Virus record (IMG/VR): IMGVR_UViG_3300037485_000225
Coordinates: 1-64,000 of that record
Direction: 5' to 3' (one strand)
Length of the DNA: 64,000 bases
Origin: a virus
Below are positions 1 to 8,650 of the stretch, in pieces; position 1 is the first letter of the stretch; each line of letters opens with the position of its first letter. Both the position numbers and the translations under genes were made by a program. Under the pieces are notes generated by a model. That model made no database searches. It had not been told where the DNA came from and saw nothing but the letters and a program-made list of their open reading frames with translations.

Positions 1-36
1 AATGCCCTACAATTAAGTAGAGCATTCTTTTGTCAA

Positions 37-435
37 TTAACTAATTGCAGCAAGCAATGTCTCATCAACAGCTTCAACAGGAGCACTCTTGAAGATAGCA
101 AGCAAGGTTGCTTCAGTTTGAGCCATTGCAATCTCTTGAGTAGCGTTAGTAGCAGAAAGAAGAGTGAAGTTCTTCACTTGAGAGTCTACCCCATTCTCAT
201 CTGTTTTGGTTCTCAATCCTTCTTCGAATGTCATACTATAAAGAATGCCATTAGTAATCCATTCGTTGATTGGGTCTTTAGAGTTGACAGTGAATGCAAC
301 ACCATCGTACTGATACAAAGCATAAGTAGTGCCAAAGAATTTGTGTCCTTTTGCAACAACATCAGCATTGTAAGGATTGCCTGTAGAGATAGTTCTTACA
401 TTAAGTACTTCTCTTCCTTTAATTTCTTTTTTCAT
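37..435 (-). CDS. hypothetical protein (132 aa), the only minus-strand gene, transcribed away from the rest of the window
   Basis: Clean 132-aa ORF of balanced composition. The overlapping plus-frame ORF 118-450 is Cys/Phe/Ser-rich and looks spurious. No recognisable motif. Confidence 0.5.
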   Translation of the reverse strand: MKKEIKGREVLNVRTISTGNPYNADVVAKGHKFFGTTYALYQYDGVAFTVNSKDPINEWITNGILYSMTFEEGLRTKTDENGVDSQVKNFTLLSATNATQEIAMAQTEATLLAIFKSAPVEAVDETLLAAIS

Positions 436-1545
436 CTTTTAAACATTTAATTGTGTTACGCATTGACATTTTAAGGGGGGCTACCCCCACTGCGTAATTT
501 GTGGAGGGGTGGCTGACTGGATGTACCCTCCCCTCCCCTATACATAATGAGTTCCCTAATTATAGGAAAAAAAATTTTGTAAATAGTTCCACAAAGAACA
601 TTGGACATAACCTCCTAAGGCTCAAACAGTTAGCTGTAAGAAGTGTTAAATGTTGCATGAAATTTTCCAAATTCTTCATGCACCCATTTTTATACCCACA
701 GTATAAATTGCACCCATAAATTAAACTTTGCCCCTATTTTTTGTAACAAATAACTATATAAATATGTTACAAGAGTGTCACACTTTTTCAAATATTTGTG
801 ACAGATTTATATATATATAGGTAACAAAGACTTCTGGGTTTGGCTGTGTTTCACTTTCTAGATTGTCCAGTTTTTAACACAATAAACTTGACATTTGTCA
901 AGGTATAGCTTTACCCTAGGGGATGTTTAGTCAAGCTATGGCTTTACATAATGTGTCTTATAAGGGACATGCTCAGCTTAACAATGTTGCTTTTATGACA
1001 CATTATGATATGTCTTTACATATAATGATGGAATAAGCTTACATATTATATGCGTTATAATATAGGGACCAATATTATAAACTCCTGTTGTATCAAAACT
1101 AGAAAATCCTGCAAGTTTTGATAATAGGCAAAAATAAATTTGGAACATATAAAGGAGATTGATATCTTTGGGGGGGAAAAAGGGGGGGCCCTTTGTAAAC
1201 CCATTCATTTAAAAACTCTTATATATATGATGACAACAATATTATTACTGTTAGTGCTATTAGTGATTATGGCCATAAGCGTAGGGATCTATATGTCTGA
1301 TGACATAGAAATGGGAATGGAGCTATCAACATTCAAATGGACAAGCTTTGAACTAGGTGTCACTAATAGAAACTATACATGGGATAGTGGGGAAGAGGAA
1401 CAGGAGCTTAGAGTAGGGTTATTTTTCATCACCTTCTTTATATCATTTTTTAGAAATAGTGCATAATATAGCATTCACCCATAGACATAATTAAATTAGT
1501 TATTTGTGGGTCAATAGATTATACATACCTTTGCTTTAATTATAT
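436..1545. promoter_or_regulatory. 1.1-kb noncoding strand-switch region carrying divergent promoters and G/C-rich structured elements
   Basis: No convincing ORF; the table ORFs 501-719, 993-1208 and 1140-1466 are low-complexity. GGGGGG-cta-CCCCC hairpin at 475-488. GGAGGGG (503-509) pairs with CCCCTCC (530-536). G7-A5-G7-CCC at 1170-1191. Bacteroidetes-type -33 TTTG (1503-1506) and -7 TACCTTTG (1526-1533) lie 19 nt apart just upstream of the ATG at 1546. TAAATTTG at 1135-1142. Confidence 0.45.
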
Positions 1546-1902
1546 ATGGAAACCAATAAGAAAATAGTAGTTCAAAAGCTGAAGAAGCCTGTGTCAGACA
1601 ACTATGCCTGTGCAGAGAAGTATTATAGCTTATTGTCTTCATTGAATGATTTGAAGCTTACGACAAGGGAGATACAGTTGATAGCCTTCACAGCTATTAA
1701 GGGAAACATCTCCTATGCCAATATCAGGGAAGAGTTCTGTGTCAAATACCATTCCTCAGCCCCAACAATAAACAACTTGATTTCTAAGTTGAAGAAGATG
1801 GGGGTGTTTGTAAAGGATGGGACAAAGGTGAAGGTTAATCCCCTCATTATATTGAACTTTGAGAATGACATTGTTTTACAAATAACCGTCACTCATGGAT
1901 AA
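1546..1902 (+). CDS. hypothetical small protein, possible winged-helix DNA-binding regulator
   Basis: 118-aa ORF directly downstream of a TTTG/TAnnTTTG promoter-like pair. Overlaps the next gene by 8 nt, suggesting an operon. Weak wHTH-like pattern only. Confidence 0.45.
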   Translation: METNKKIVVQKLKKPVSDNYACAEKYYSLLSSLNDLKLTTREIQLIAFTAIKGNISYANIREEFCVKYHSSAPTINNLISKLKKMGVFVKDGTKVKVNPLIILNFENDIVLQITVTHG

Positions 1903-2248
1903 GCCAGTGTCAATGTCTGTTAAAGACTACCTAATCAGGACACTAGCTGTTAAGATTCTTACGTCAGAGAAGACAATAGAAGCTGTCATTAATCACCAGT
2001 TTCAATCAGCCAACGAAGCCCTTGATACAAATAATAGTGTAGAGATTTCTGGATTTGGAAAGCTCTTCTTTAATAATAAGAAGGCTATAAAAAGACTAGG
2101 AGCTCTGAACGCTAAGAGAGAAGTGATGGAAAGGATGATAAATGATGTAACATTACCAGAGCAAAAAAGGAAGTCAGCTCAAGTGACGTTAAACCAGACG
2201 AATACAACAATAGGATTATTAAAAGCTAGAATTACATATGAAGATTAA
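1895..2248 (+). CDS. HU/IHF-like (bacterial histone-like) DNA-binding protein
   Basis: N-terminal helices followed by ...NSVEISGFGKLFF.. closely mirror the HU signature ..V.LVGFGTF.V. The canonical R-x-G-R-N-P arm is not obvious, so this is a divergent member. Confidence 0.5.
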   Translation: MDKPVSMSVKDYLIRTLAVKILTSEKTIEAVINHQFQSANEALDTNNSVEISGFGKLFFNNKKAIKRLGALNAKREVMERMINDVTLPEQKRKSAQVTLNQTNTTIGLLKARITYED

Positions 2249-2537
2249 CTTTCCCCAAATATATGAGGGCTGGAAAAACAATCTCTTTCCAGCAAAGGAT
2301 ATGAGAGATTGGATTAAGCAAGTGGGTGAGGAAAGAATGTCCATATGTAAAGACTGTGCTTTGATATCTACAAAGCATAAGACAACAAGACCTGATGTAC
2401 ATTGCACAGATTGTGGGTGTACATTAGCAGCAAAGACAAAATGTTTATCATGTGCTTGTCCTCTTCATAAATGGGATGTTGTAATGAACTCCAGAGAAGA
2501 GGAGGATGCTTTAAAAAAAGAAATTAATGGAAAATAA
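2238..2537 (+). CDS. Cys-rich zinc-ribbon-like small protein
   Basis: CKDC...C.DCGC...C.SCAC pattern (8 Cys) in 99 aa. Start overlaps the upstream gene. Confidence 0.45.
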   Translation: MKINFPQIYEGWKNNLFPAKDMRDWIKQVGEERMSICKDCALISTKHKTTRPDVHCTDCGCTLAAKTKCLSCACPLHKWDVVMNSREEEDALKKEINGK

Positions 2538-2778
2538 AGAAGTTTGCATTAAGAAGATTCCCTTAGATAACTTCATAAATATACTTATGGAGCTTTATAA
2601 CAAAGGACTAGACTATATTGATATTCAAGGAGTGACAGATGATCGTCAAGACAGACTGGCCATATCCTTTACAAATGAATATATGACTCCAGAAGGAGTG
2701 GATAACTTCATGGGTTCTCCTTATATAGAGGAGGTTGACATGAAACTAACGGATGAGGATTTAAACCAATTATTATGA
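2527..2778 (+). CDS. hypothetical protein (83 aa)
   Basis: ORF with overlapping start and stop in a tightly coupled early-type cluster; acidic. Confidence 0.4.
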   Translation: MENKEVCIKKIPLDNFINILMELYNKGLDYIDIQGVTDDRQDRLAISFTNEYMTPEGVDNFMGSPYIEEVDMKLTDEDLNQLL

Positions 2779-3062
2779 GTAGTAAAAACCACTACAACCA
2801 AGTGATTCACACGCTCCAAGAACTACATAAGAGTTTCCCCACATATAATATGGGAAGGCATTTAGCTACAGTTTTGGATGAGTATGGTGATATATGGGGA
2901 ATGACAGACAAAGAATTATCTTATGCTTTATATAAGTATAGATCACAGATAGAAATGGATGTTCCACATACAGATGAAAGCGAATTAGACAAGATTATAA
3001 AAGAAGGTATGGATCTTGATAACATTTTAAAAGAGGAGGACCTAGATAATGGCGACTACTAA
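2775..3062 (+). CDS. hypothetical protein (95 aa)
   Basis: ORF translationally coupled to its neighbours (ATGA overlap). Confidence 0.4.
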   Translation: MSSKNHYNQVIHTLQELHKSFPTYNMGRHLATVLDEYGDIWGMTDKELSYALYKYRSQIEMDVPHTDESELDKIIKEGMDLDNILKEEDLDNGDY

Positions 3063-3381
3063 AAAAGCACTTCTTATAGAATATGAGTTGGAGTTTCTAG
3101 AAATGAAACTTCAAGAACTAAAGGAATATATACAGTCTAACCCCTTTTCTTCTTTAGCTGATAGAATGGCTTGGAAGGAAACAAAAGGTGGAGGATCTAT
3201 TCCTATTTGTATTGCTAATAAAGAAGCACAAAGAAAAGACTTGACACAAGCACTTAAAGACTATGCTGAGATTTTACGTACAGTGGATGCTATGAGAGAG
3301 AAAGAAGAGTCTAAAATAGAGGTGAGAGGCAAGGGAGAACTAAGCAGTATGGCTGAAGACTTCCTTAAAAATAGAAAATGA
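3049..3381 (+). CDS. hypothetical protein; by position a candidate small terminase subunit
   Basis: 110-aa charged and coiled ORF immediately upstream of, and overlapping, the large terminase gene. Positional inference only. Confidence 0.35.
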   Translation: MATTKKALLIEYELEFLEMKLQELKEYIQSNPFSSLADRMAWKETKGGGSIPICIANKEAQRKDLTQALKDYAEILRTVDAMREKEESKIEVRGKGELSSMAEDFLKNRK

Positions 3382-5414
3382 ATCTACAGAGTATAGACTA
3401 TAAAGACTGGTTTATAAATCAGAAGCGTATTCCTGACAAAACTAGTGAGGAGTTTAAGGAGTTTTTTGACTTTCATAAAGAGTTATGTCTAAATGGTTGT
3501 ATGATGGGGGGTGTTTATATCAACCCCTTTTTATATTGGCACCTAAACATGTGGCATACAGAGGTGGATGTTATTGATGCAAATGGAAGAATCTCTCAGA
3601 AATATGCTAACCCATTTCTTAGAGATAATGAGTGGGTGATTACCAATGAGATAGATAGAGCTCAGAATGAAAAGAAAGGACTGCTAATACTTGGTATTAG
3701 ACGTTTGGCTAAGTCTGTTATAGAAGCATCCTATGTATCTTGGGGTGCTACATTTGATGAAAACTCACAGAATATTATTTCTGGACTGAATGCTCCAGAT
3801 ATAAAACTGATTACAGATAAGATTGATAAAGGTCTTAACTTCTTACCAGAAGCTTGGAGATGGCAGAGGATTGAAGATAATTGGAAGAATCAAGTGACAC
3901 TAGGAATTAAAACTAGATCAGGAGAAAGGATACCATTCTCTTCTATTCTTATTCGTAACCTTGATGAAGGTAATAATGAAGAGGCAATTGCAGGTACTAA
4001 ACCACGTAAATTAATTATAGATGAGATCGGTAAAGGAAATTTCCTTAGAGGCTTACAGGCTGCTATTCCAGGTTTCACTACACCCTATGGTTGGGGATGT
4101 AGCCCCATACTTACTGGGACTGGTGGTGACATGAAAAAATTCATGGATGCAAAATCCTTGATGTTTGATGTAGACAATTTCAATTTTCTTTCTTATAATA
4201 ATGAGAAGGATACATCTAGAATGCATGGGCTCTTCATTGGACACAAGTATAGAATGGAGGCTAAAGAAGACTCTACACTAGGAGCTTTTTTAAAAGAACC
4301 TCCAGCTTCAGAACTATACAATGTAAAAATGTTAGTCTCTAATGATGAGAAGGCTACAGAAATTACAGAAAATAATCTTAACAGACTTAAAAAAGCTGGA
4401 GATAGAATAGCATATTTAAAAGAGAAGATGTACTATCCACAGGAAGTGGATGATATATTCTTGAATGAGGATACAAACATCTTTGATATTGAATCTGCTA
4501 AGAGACAAAAGTCTAGATTGTTACAGCAAGAACGTACAGGTACACCTGTTGTATTATATGCTGAAGAAACTACAATAAAGCATGAGTTTACAGATAAGCT
4601 TCCCATATCTAACTTCCCTCTCAAGAATAGTGATATGAAGGATGCTCCTGTAGTTATATATGAGTTCCCTATAGAAAATCCTCCTTATGGATTGTATGTA
4701 GCAGGAGTCGATCCCTATAGACAAGGTAAGTCAGCTTATTCAAGTTCATTAGGATCTGTATACATATATAAGAGAATGCATGAAATTACAGGTGAGAAGT
4801 ATCAAGATATGTTCGTAGCTTCGTACTGTGCAAGACCTGATAAGAAAGAAACTTGGGAAGAACAAGCTCGTTTACTTATTAAGTATTACAATGCTAGAAC
4901 ACTGTGTGAGAATGATGACATATCCTTTATTGAATATATGAAAGCTAAAGGAGATGCTCACTATTTAGAGAAACAACCTCAATGGTTGATGGAGATTGTT
5001 CCTAACACAACAGTTAAAAGAGAATATGGAATTCATCGTTCAAGTGAGAAAATAATTAACTACCTTCACACTTCCTTAAAGAAGTATATGGAAGAAACAA
5101 TATACACTGAGAAGGATGCTGATGGTAAGGTGATAAGAGAAGTGCTAGGAGTTCATAAGATATTTGATCCTGTATTGTTAGAAGAGATTATCCAATACAA
5201 TGATCAGGGTAACTTTGATAGAATTGTAGCTGCAGAGTTAGCAATTGCTCAAGCACTTAAGATGGACCCTATTATGGGAAGAATAGGTGGAACAGGAGAT
5301 GAGAGAGTGGCATCTATGTTTGTTAAGAAGAAAGGTAATGTATTATTCACAGAATCAAGAGGAGGGATGTTTGGCAGATCTCCTAGAAAATATAAAAATA
5401 AATTGTTTTCATAA
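3378..5414 (+). CDS. terL: terminase large subunit (ATPase plus nuclease)
   Basis: T4-like deviant Walker A ILGIRRLAKS (compare SRQLGKT) and Walker B LIIDEIG. C-terminal nuclease motif VAGVDPYRQGKSAYSS matches the classical terminase (I/V)G(V/I)DP..G.D.SA motif. Sits just upstream of the portal candidate. Confidence 0.8.
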   Translation: MNLQSIDYKDWFINQKRIPDKTSEEFKEFFDFHKELCLNGCMMGGVYINPFLYWHLNMWHTEVDVIDANGRISQKYANPFLRDNEWVITNEIDRAQNEKKGLLILGIRRLAKSVIEASYVSWGATFDENSQNIISGLNAPDIKLITDKIDKGLNFLPEAWRWQRIEDNWKNQVTLGIKTRSGERIPFSSILIRNLDEGNNEEAIAGTKPRKLIIDEIGKGNFLRGLQAAIPGFTTPYGWGCSPILTGTGGDMKKFMDAKSLMFDVDNFNFLSYNNEKDTSRMHGLFIGHKYRMEAKEDSTLGAFLKEPPASELYNVKMLVSNDEKATEITENNLNRLKKAGDRIAYLKEKMYYPQEVDDIFLNEDTNIFDIESAKRQKSRLLQQERTGTPVVLYAEETTIKHEFTDKLPISNFPLKNSDMKDAPVVIYEFPIENPPYGLYVAGVDPYRQGKSAYSSSLGSVYIYKRMHEITGEKYQDMFVASYCARPDKKETWEEQARLLIKYYNARTLCENDDISFIEYMKAKGDAHYLEKQPQWLMEIVPNTTVKREYGIHRSSEKIINYLHTSLKKYMEETIYTEKDADGKVIREVLGVHKIFDPVLLEEIIQYNDQGNFDRIVAAELAIAQALKMDPIMGRIGGTGDERVASMFVKKKGNVLFTESRGGMFGRSPRKYKNKLFS

Positions 5415-7993
5415 TGGCAATTATAAGATATACAAAAGACGCAACAATTAGGTATGCCTATTTAAACATATTCCCTGATCAGTTTAAAACTGAGAAGGAG
5501 AAGATGGATGAGAGTTGGATTAAAAACACAATGGATTATTTCGCTAATAAGTCATACGCTGAATATATAAAGAATAGAGACACCTTTGTTAAGAACTATG
5601 ATTTAATGAAGGGGATTCTTAGAAGAGAGGATTTTTATCAAGAGCCTGAGGTGAGAAGTTTCACAGATGTATTAACATCTGATCTTGAACTTCCTGCTTA
5701 TGTAAAAATGTATTCTATTATAACAACTCCTGTTAATGAGTTAGTTGGAGAAATTTCTAAAAGACCAGATGCTTTTCGTGTAAAGGCATTTGATGATGAT
5801 AGTAAATCTGAAGAGCTTGAGTTTAAGACAGGTATATTACAAGAGTATGTAATAGGACAAGCTAGACAAAAGATTCAAGAGAAAGCTGCATTACAAGGAC
5901 AAGAGATTGAAGATGAAGAGTTACAACAAATGACAATGAATGAGGTGAAGGATCAAATAGATTCTTACACATCCACTGCAGAGAAATGGGCTAACCATGT
6001 CCTCACTTCTCAAAAGGCTGAGTTTACTCTTAAAGAAAAAAGTGAAGATGCTTTCAGAGATATGTTAATATCTGCTAGAGAGTTCTATCATATATACGAA
6101 GATAATTCAAAGGTTGGATTTAATGTAGAGGTAGCAAATCCTAAAACTACATGGTTCTTAACAACACCAGATAGAAAATATATTTCAGATCCTACAGGTA
6201 GAGCACAAGCTGCATATGCTGCTGGTACTGTACAGGTGATGGAGCTATCTGAAATTATTGAATCAGTTCCTGATTTAACTAAAGATGAAATAGATCACTT
6301 ACGTTCTTCATTACAAGACTATGGATTGATTAATGTACGTGAATCAAATCTTGGTAATCCTAATGCTACTCCTGGTAATGACTCTATTCAATATGATACA
6401 TATGATCCTCTTGTTCTACAAACTAGAATGATCATTGAATCTGAAATGAAAGAGAATAATGATGGTCTTAAAGATTTCTTAGGTCTTACATCTAATGTAA
6501 GTTCTTTTGGTTATAAGTATGTAGTGGTGAGAGCCTATTGGATTAGTAAAAGAAAGATAGGTAAGCTTATCTATTTAGATGAGATGGGTAGTGAACAATC
6601 TCTACTTGTAGATGAGAATTATAAGAGTGGAACTATTCCTACACAACAATCTTTAGAGTGGGGATGGATTAACCAATGGTACCAAGGTATCAAGATTGGT
6701 CCAGACATCTATCATATCAAACCTTATAAGTTACTACCTTACTGTCCTATCATTGGTCAGGTGTTTGAGGTGAAGAATACAGAAGCTAAAAGCTTAGTAG
6801 ACTTAATGAAACCTTTTCAGGTTTTGTATAACGTATGTATGAATCAGCTTTACAAACTTCTTGAGAAGGAAGTGGGTAAGGTGCAATTGATGTCTATTAG
6901 ACATATTCCTATTCCTAAAGATGGAGATGCACAAGATGCTCTTGATATATGGGAAATGGAAGCTCGTAATAGAGGGGTAGTATTTATTGATGATAGTCCA
7001 GAGAATTTAAAAGCTCCTTCTAGCTTCAATCAATTTACTAGTCTAGATCTTACACGTACACAGGAGATACAAGCTCGTTATACATTAGCTCAACAATTAA
7101 AGAATGAGTGTTGGGAATTAATAGGTATGTCTAAACAAAGACTTGGATCTGTATCAGCTAGTGAAAGTGCTACAGGAACCAATGCTGCTATTACACAAAG
7201 TTATTCTCAAACAGAACCTTTATTTGTTGCACATGAATATGTATTAGGTCAGCTTTACCAAGGTATAATTGATGCATCTCTATATGTAGAAAGTGCTAAA
7301 CCACAATCTACAATTTCCTACATTACATCTCAAGGAGAATCTGCTTTTGTACAGGTGAATGGTACAGATCTTAAGTTCAGAGACTTAAAGGTGTATTTAA
7401 CTAATAGACCAGAGGATCAAAAAATGTTCACTGAATTACGCAGTTTATCACAAGCTGTTATACAGAATGGTGGAAGCTTATCTGATATCATTGAATTATA
7501 TTCAACTGATTCTGTTCGTCAAATGAAGAAGGTGTTTACAACACTTAAGGAAAGACAACAGCAATTAGAAGATCAGAAGATGCAACAACAACAGCAACAA
7601 TTAGAGCAACAACAACAACAAGCTCAAGCTACAATTGCTGCAGCTCAACAAGCACAACAAGAAAAAATGGCTCATGATGATTATCAAAATGAGTTGGATA
7701 GAATTAATAAGAAAGAGATTGCATTAATTTCTGCTGAATCTAAAGGAGGATTACCAGATGTAGATAATTCTGGAGCTCCTGATGTATTGGAAATCAATAA
7801 GTTATCATTAGAGCAATCAAAAGCTAGTAGAGACTATCAAACAAAAATGGCTGACATTCAATCTAAAAATACATTAGCTGCTCAAAAGCTACAAGTGGAA
7901 AGAGAAAAACTAAAAGTATCTAGAGAGAATCAAGCAAACGATTTAGCTATAGCTAAAGAGAATGCTAAGGGTAGGAACAAGAAAACTAAATAA
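5414..7993 (+). CDS. portal protein candidate (859 aa) with Q-rich coiled-coil C-terminus
   Basis: Position immediately after terL with an overlapping start. Size fits large portals. The C-terminal poly-Q/coiled-coil (QQQQQLEQQQQQAQ) is seen directly. Confidence 0.5.
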   Translation: MAIIRYTKDATIRYAYLNIFPDQFKTEKEKMDESWIKNTMDYFANKSYAEYIKNRDTFVKNYDLMKGILRREDFYQEPEVRSFTDVLTSDLELPAYVKMYSIITTPVNELVGEISKRPDAFRVKAFDDDSKSEELEFKTGILQEYVIGQARQKIQEKAALQGQEIEDEELQQMTMNEVKDQIDSYTSTAEKWANHVLTSQKAEFTLKEKSEDAFRDMLISAREFYHIYEDNSKVGFNVEVANPKTTWFLTTPDRKYISDPTGRAQAAYAAGTVQVMELSEIIESVPDLTKDEIDHLRSSLQDYGLINVRESNLGNPNATPGNDSIQYDTYDPLVLQTRMIIESEMKENNDGLKDFLGLTSNVSSFGYKYVVVRAYWISKRKIGKLIYLDEMGSEQSLLVDENYKSGTIPTQQSLEWGWINQWYQGIKIGPDIYHIKPYKLLPYCPIIGQVFEVKNTEAKSLVDLMKPFQVLYNVCMNQLYKLLEKEVGKVQLMSIRHIPIPKDGDAQDALDIWEMEARNRGVVFIDDSPENLKAPSSFNQFTSLDLTRTQEIQARYTLAQQLKNECWELIGMSKQRLGSVSASESATGTNAAITQSYSQTEPLFVAHEYVLGQLYQGIIDASLYVESAKPQSTISYITSQGESAFVQVNGTDLKFRDLKVYLTNRPEDQKMFTELRSLSQAVIQNGGSLSDIIELYSTDSVRQMKKVFTTLKERQQQLEDQKMQQQQQQLEQQQQQAQATIAAAQQAQQEKMAHDDYQNELDRINKKEIALISAESKGGLPDVDNSGAPDVLEINKLSLEQSKASRDYQTKMADIQSKNTLAAQKLQVEREKLKVSRENQANDLAIAKENAKGRNKKTK

Positions 7994-7995
7994 AT

Positions 7996-8526
7996 ATGTT
8001 TGATAAACTAATTGATGTATTGATTGAATGGTGGAATCATGTTCTACCATTCATTATTATCAGAGATTATGAACAAGCTGTACTTCTTAGATTTGGAAGA
8101 TTTAATCAAGTGTTACTGCCAGGTATACACTTTAAGATTCCTTTCTTTGATGAGGTGATAGATCAGCATGTGGTAGTCACAACACTCAGTCTTGATGCTC
8201 AATCTCTATATACTAAAGATAAGCAAAACATTGTTGTAAAAGGACTTGTTAAATATAAGATAGCTGATGTAAAGACTTTCTTATTAGAGGTTTATGATGC
8301 TCAGGATGCTTTATCAGATATGTCTCAAAGTATTATAAAAAATATTATTATGTCTATGACTTTAGAAGAGTGTACAGATTCTGAACTTGATAACACACTT
8401 ACAAAGAAAGTTAGGGTGGAAGCACGGAAGTGGGGGGTTGAAGTTCAACAAGTTACCCTTACAGATCTTGCCCCAATTAGAAGTTATAGGCTTATAAATG
8501 ACAACTTTATCAATAAACTTGATTAG
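7996..8526 (+). CDS. SPFH / band-7 (stomatin-prohibitin-HflK/C-like) domain protein
   Basis: N-terminal hydrophobic segment, then YEQAVLLRFGRF..LLPGIHFKIPFFDEV..VVVTTLSLDAQSLYTKDKQNIVVKGLVKYKI.D, which matches the SPFH core E.A..FRLGR...GpG....P..d......r....d.p.q...TKDnv.v.vd.vv.yrv. Confidence 0.75.
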   Translation: MFDKLIDVLIEWWNHVLPFIIIRDYEQAVLLRFGRFNQVLLPGIHFKIPFFDEVIDQHVVVTTLSLDAQSLYTKDKQNIVVKGLVKYKIADVKTFLLEVYDAQDALSDMSQSIIKNIIMSMTLEECTDSELDNTLTKKVRVEARKWGVEVQQVTLTDLAPIRSYRLINDNFINKLD

Positions 8527-8622
8527 AGTAAAAAAAGTTAATGCTATATTATCTTAAATAATGAGGCTATAACCTACATCTCTCTTTGCTATTAATTTTA
8601 ATTAATATACTTTTACATCTCA

Positions 8623-8650
8623 AAACCAATTAAAACTCAACTACATATGG
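8623..8650 (+). promoter_or_regulatory. conserved upstream element AAACCAATTAAAACTCAACTACATATGG (copy 1)
   Basis: Near-identical to 11651-11677. Sits immediately 5' of the start codon of the scaffold-like gene. Confidence 0.45.

Noticed and set aside
1-36. Weak hairpin GCCCTAC-aattaa-GTAGAGC at 4-23 as terminator of the minus-strand gene
   Set aside because: One mismatch and a truncated window edge. The U-tract on the minus strand cannot be seen, so this is insufficient to annotate.
118-450. Plus-strand 110-aa ORF overlapping the minus-strand gene 37-435
   Set aside because: Cys/Phe/Ser-rich junk-like composition. The minus-strand product has normal composition and defines the strand switch.
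501-1466. ORFs 501-719(+), 993-1208(-), 1140-1466(+, TTG start) in the 1.1-kb noncoding region
   Set aside because: Short, low-complexity and spanning homopolymer and hairpin elements, with no coding periodicity evident. The region is better explained as regulatory or structural DNA.
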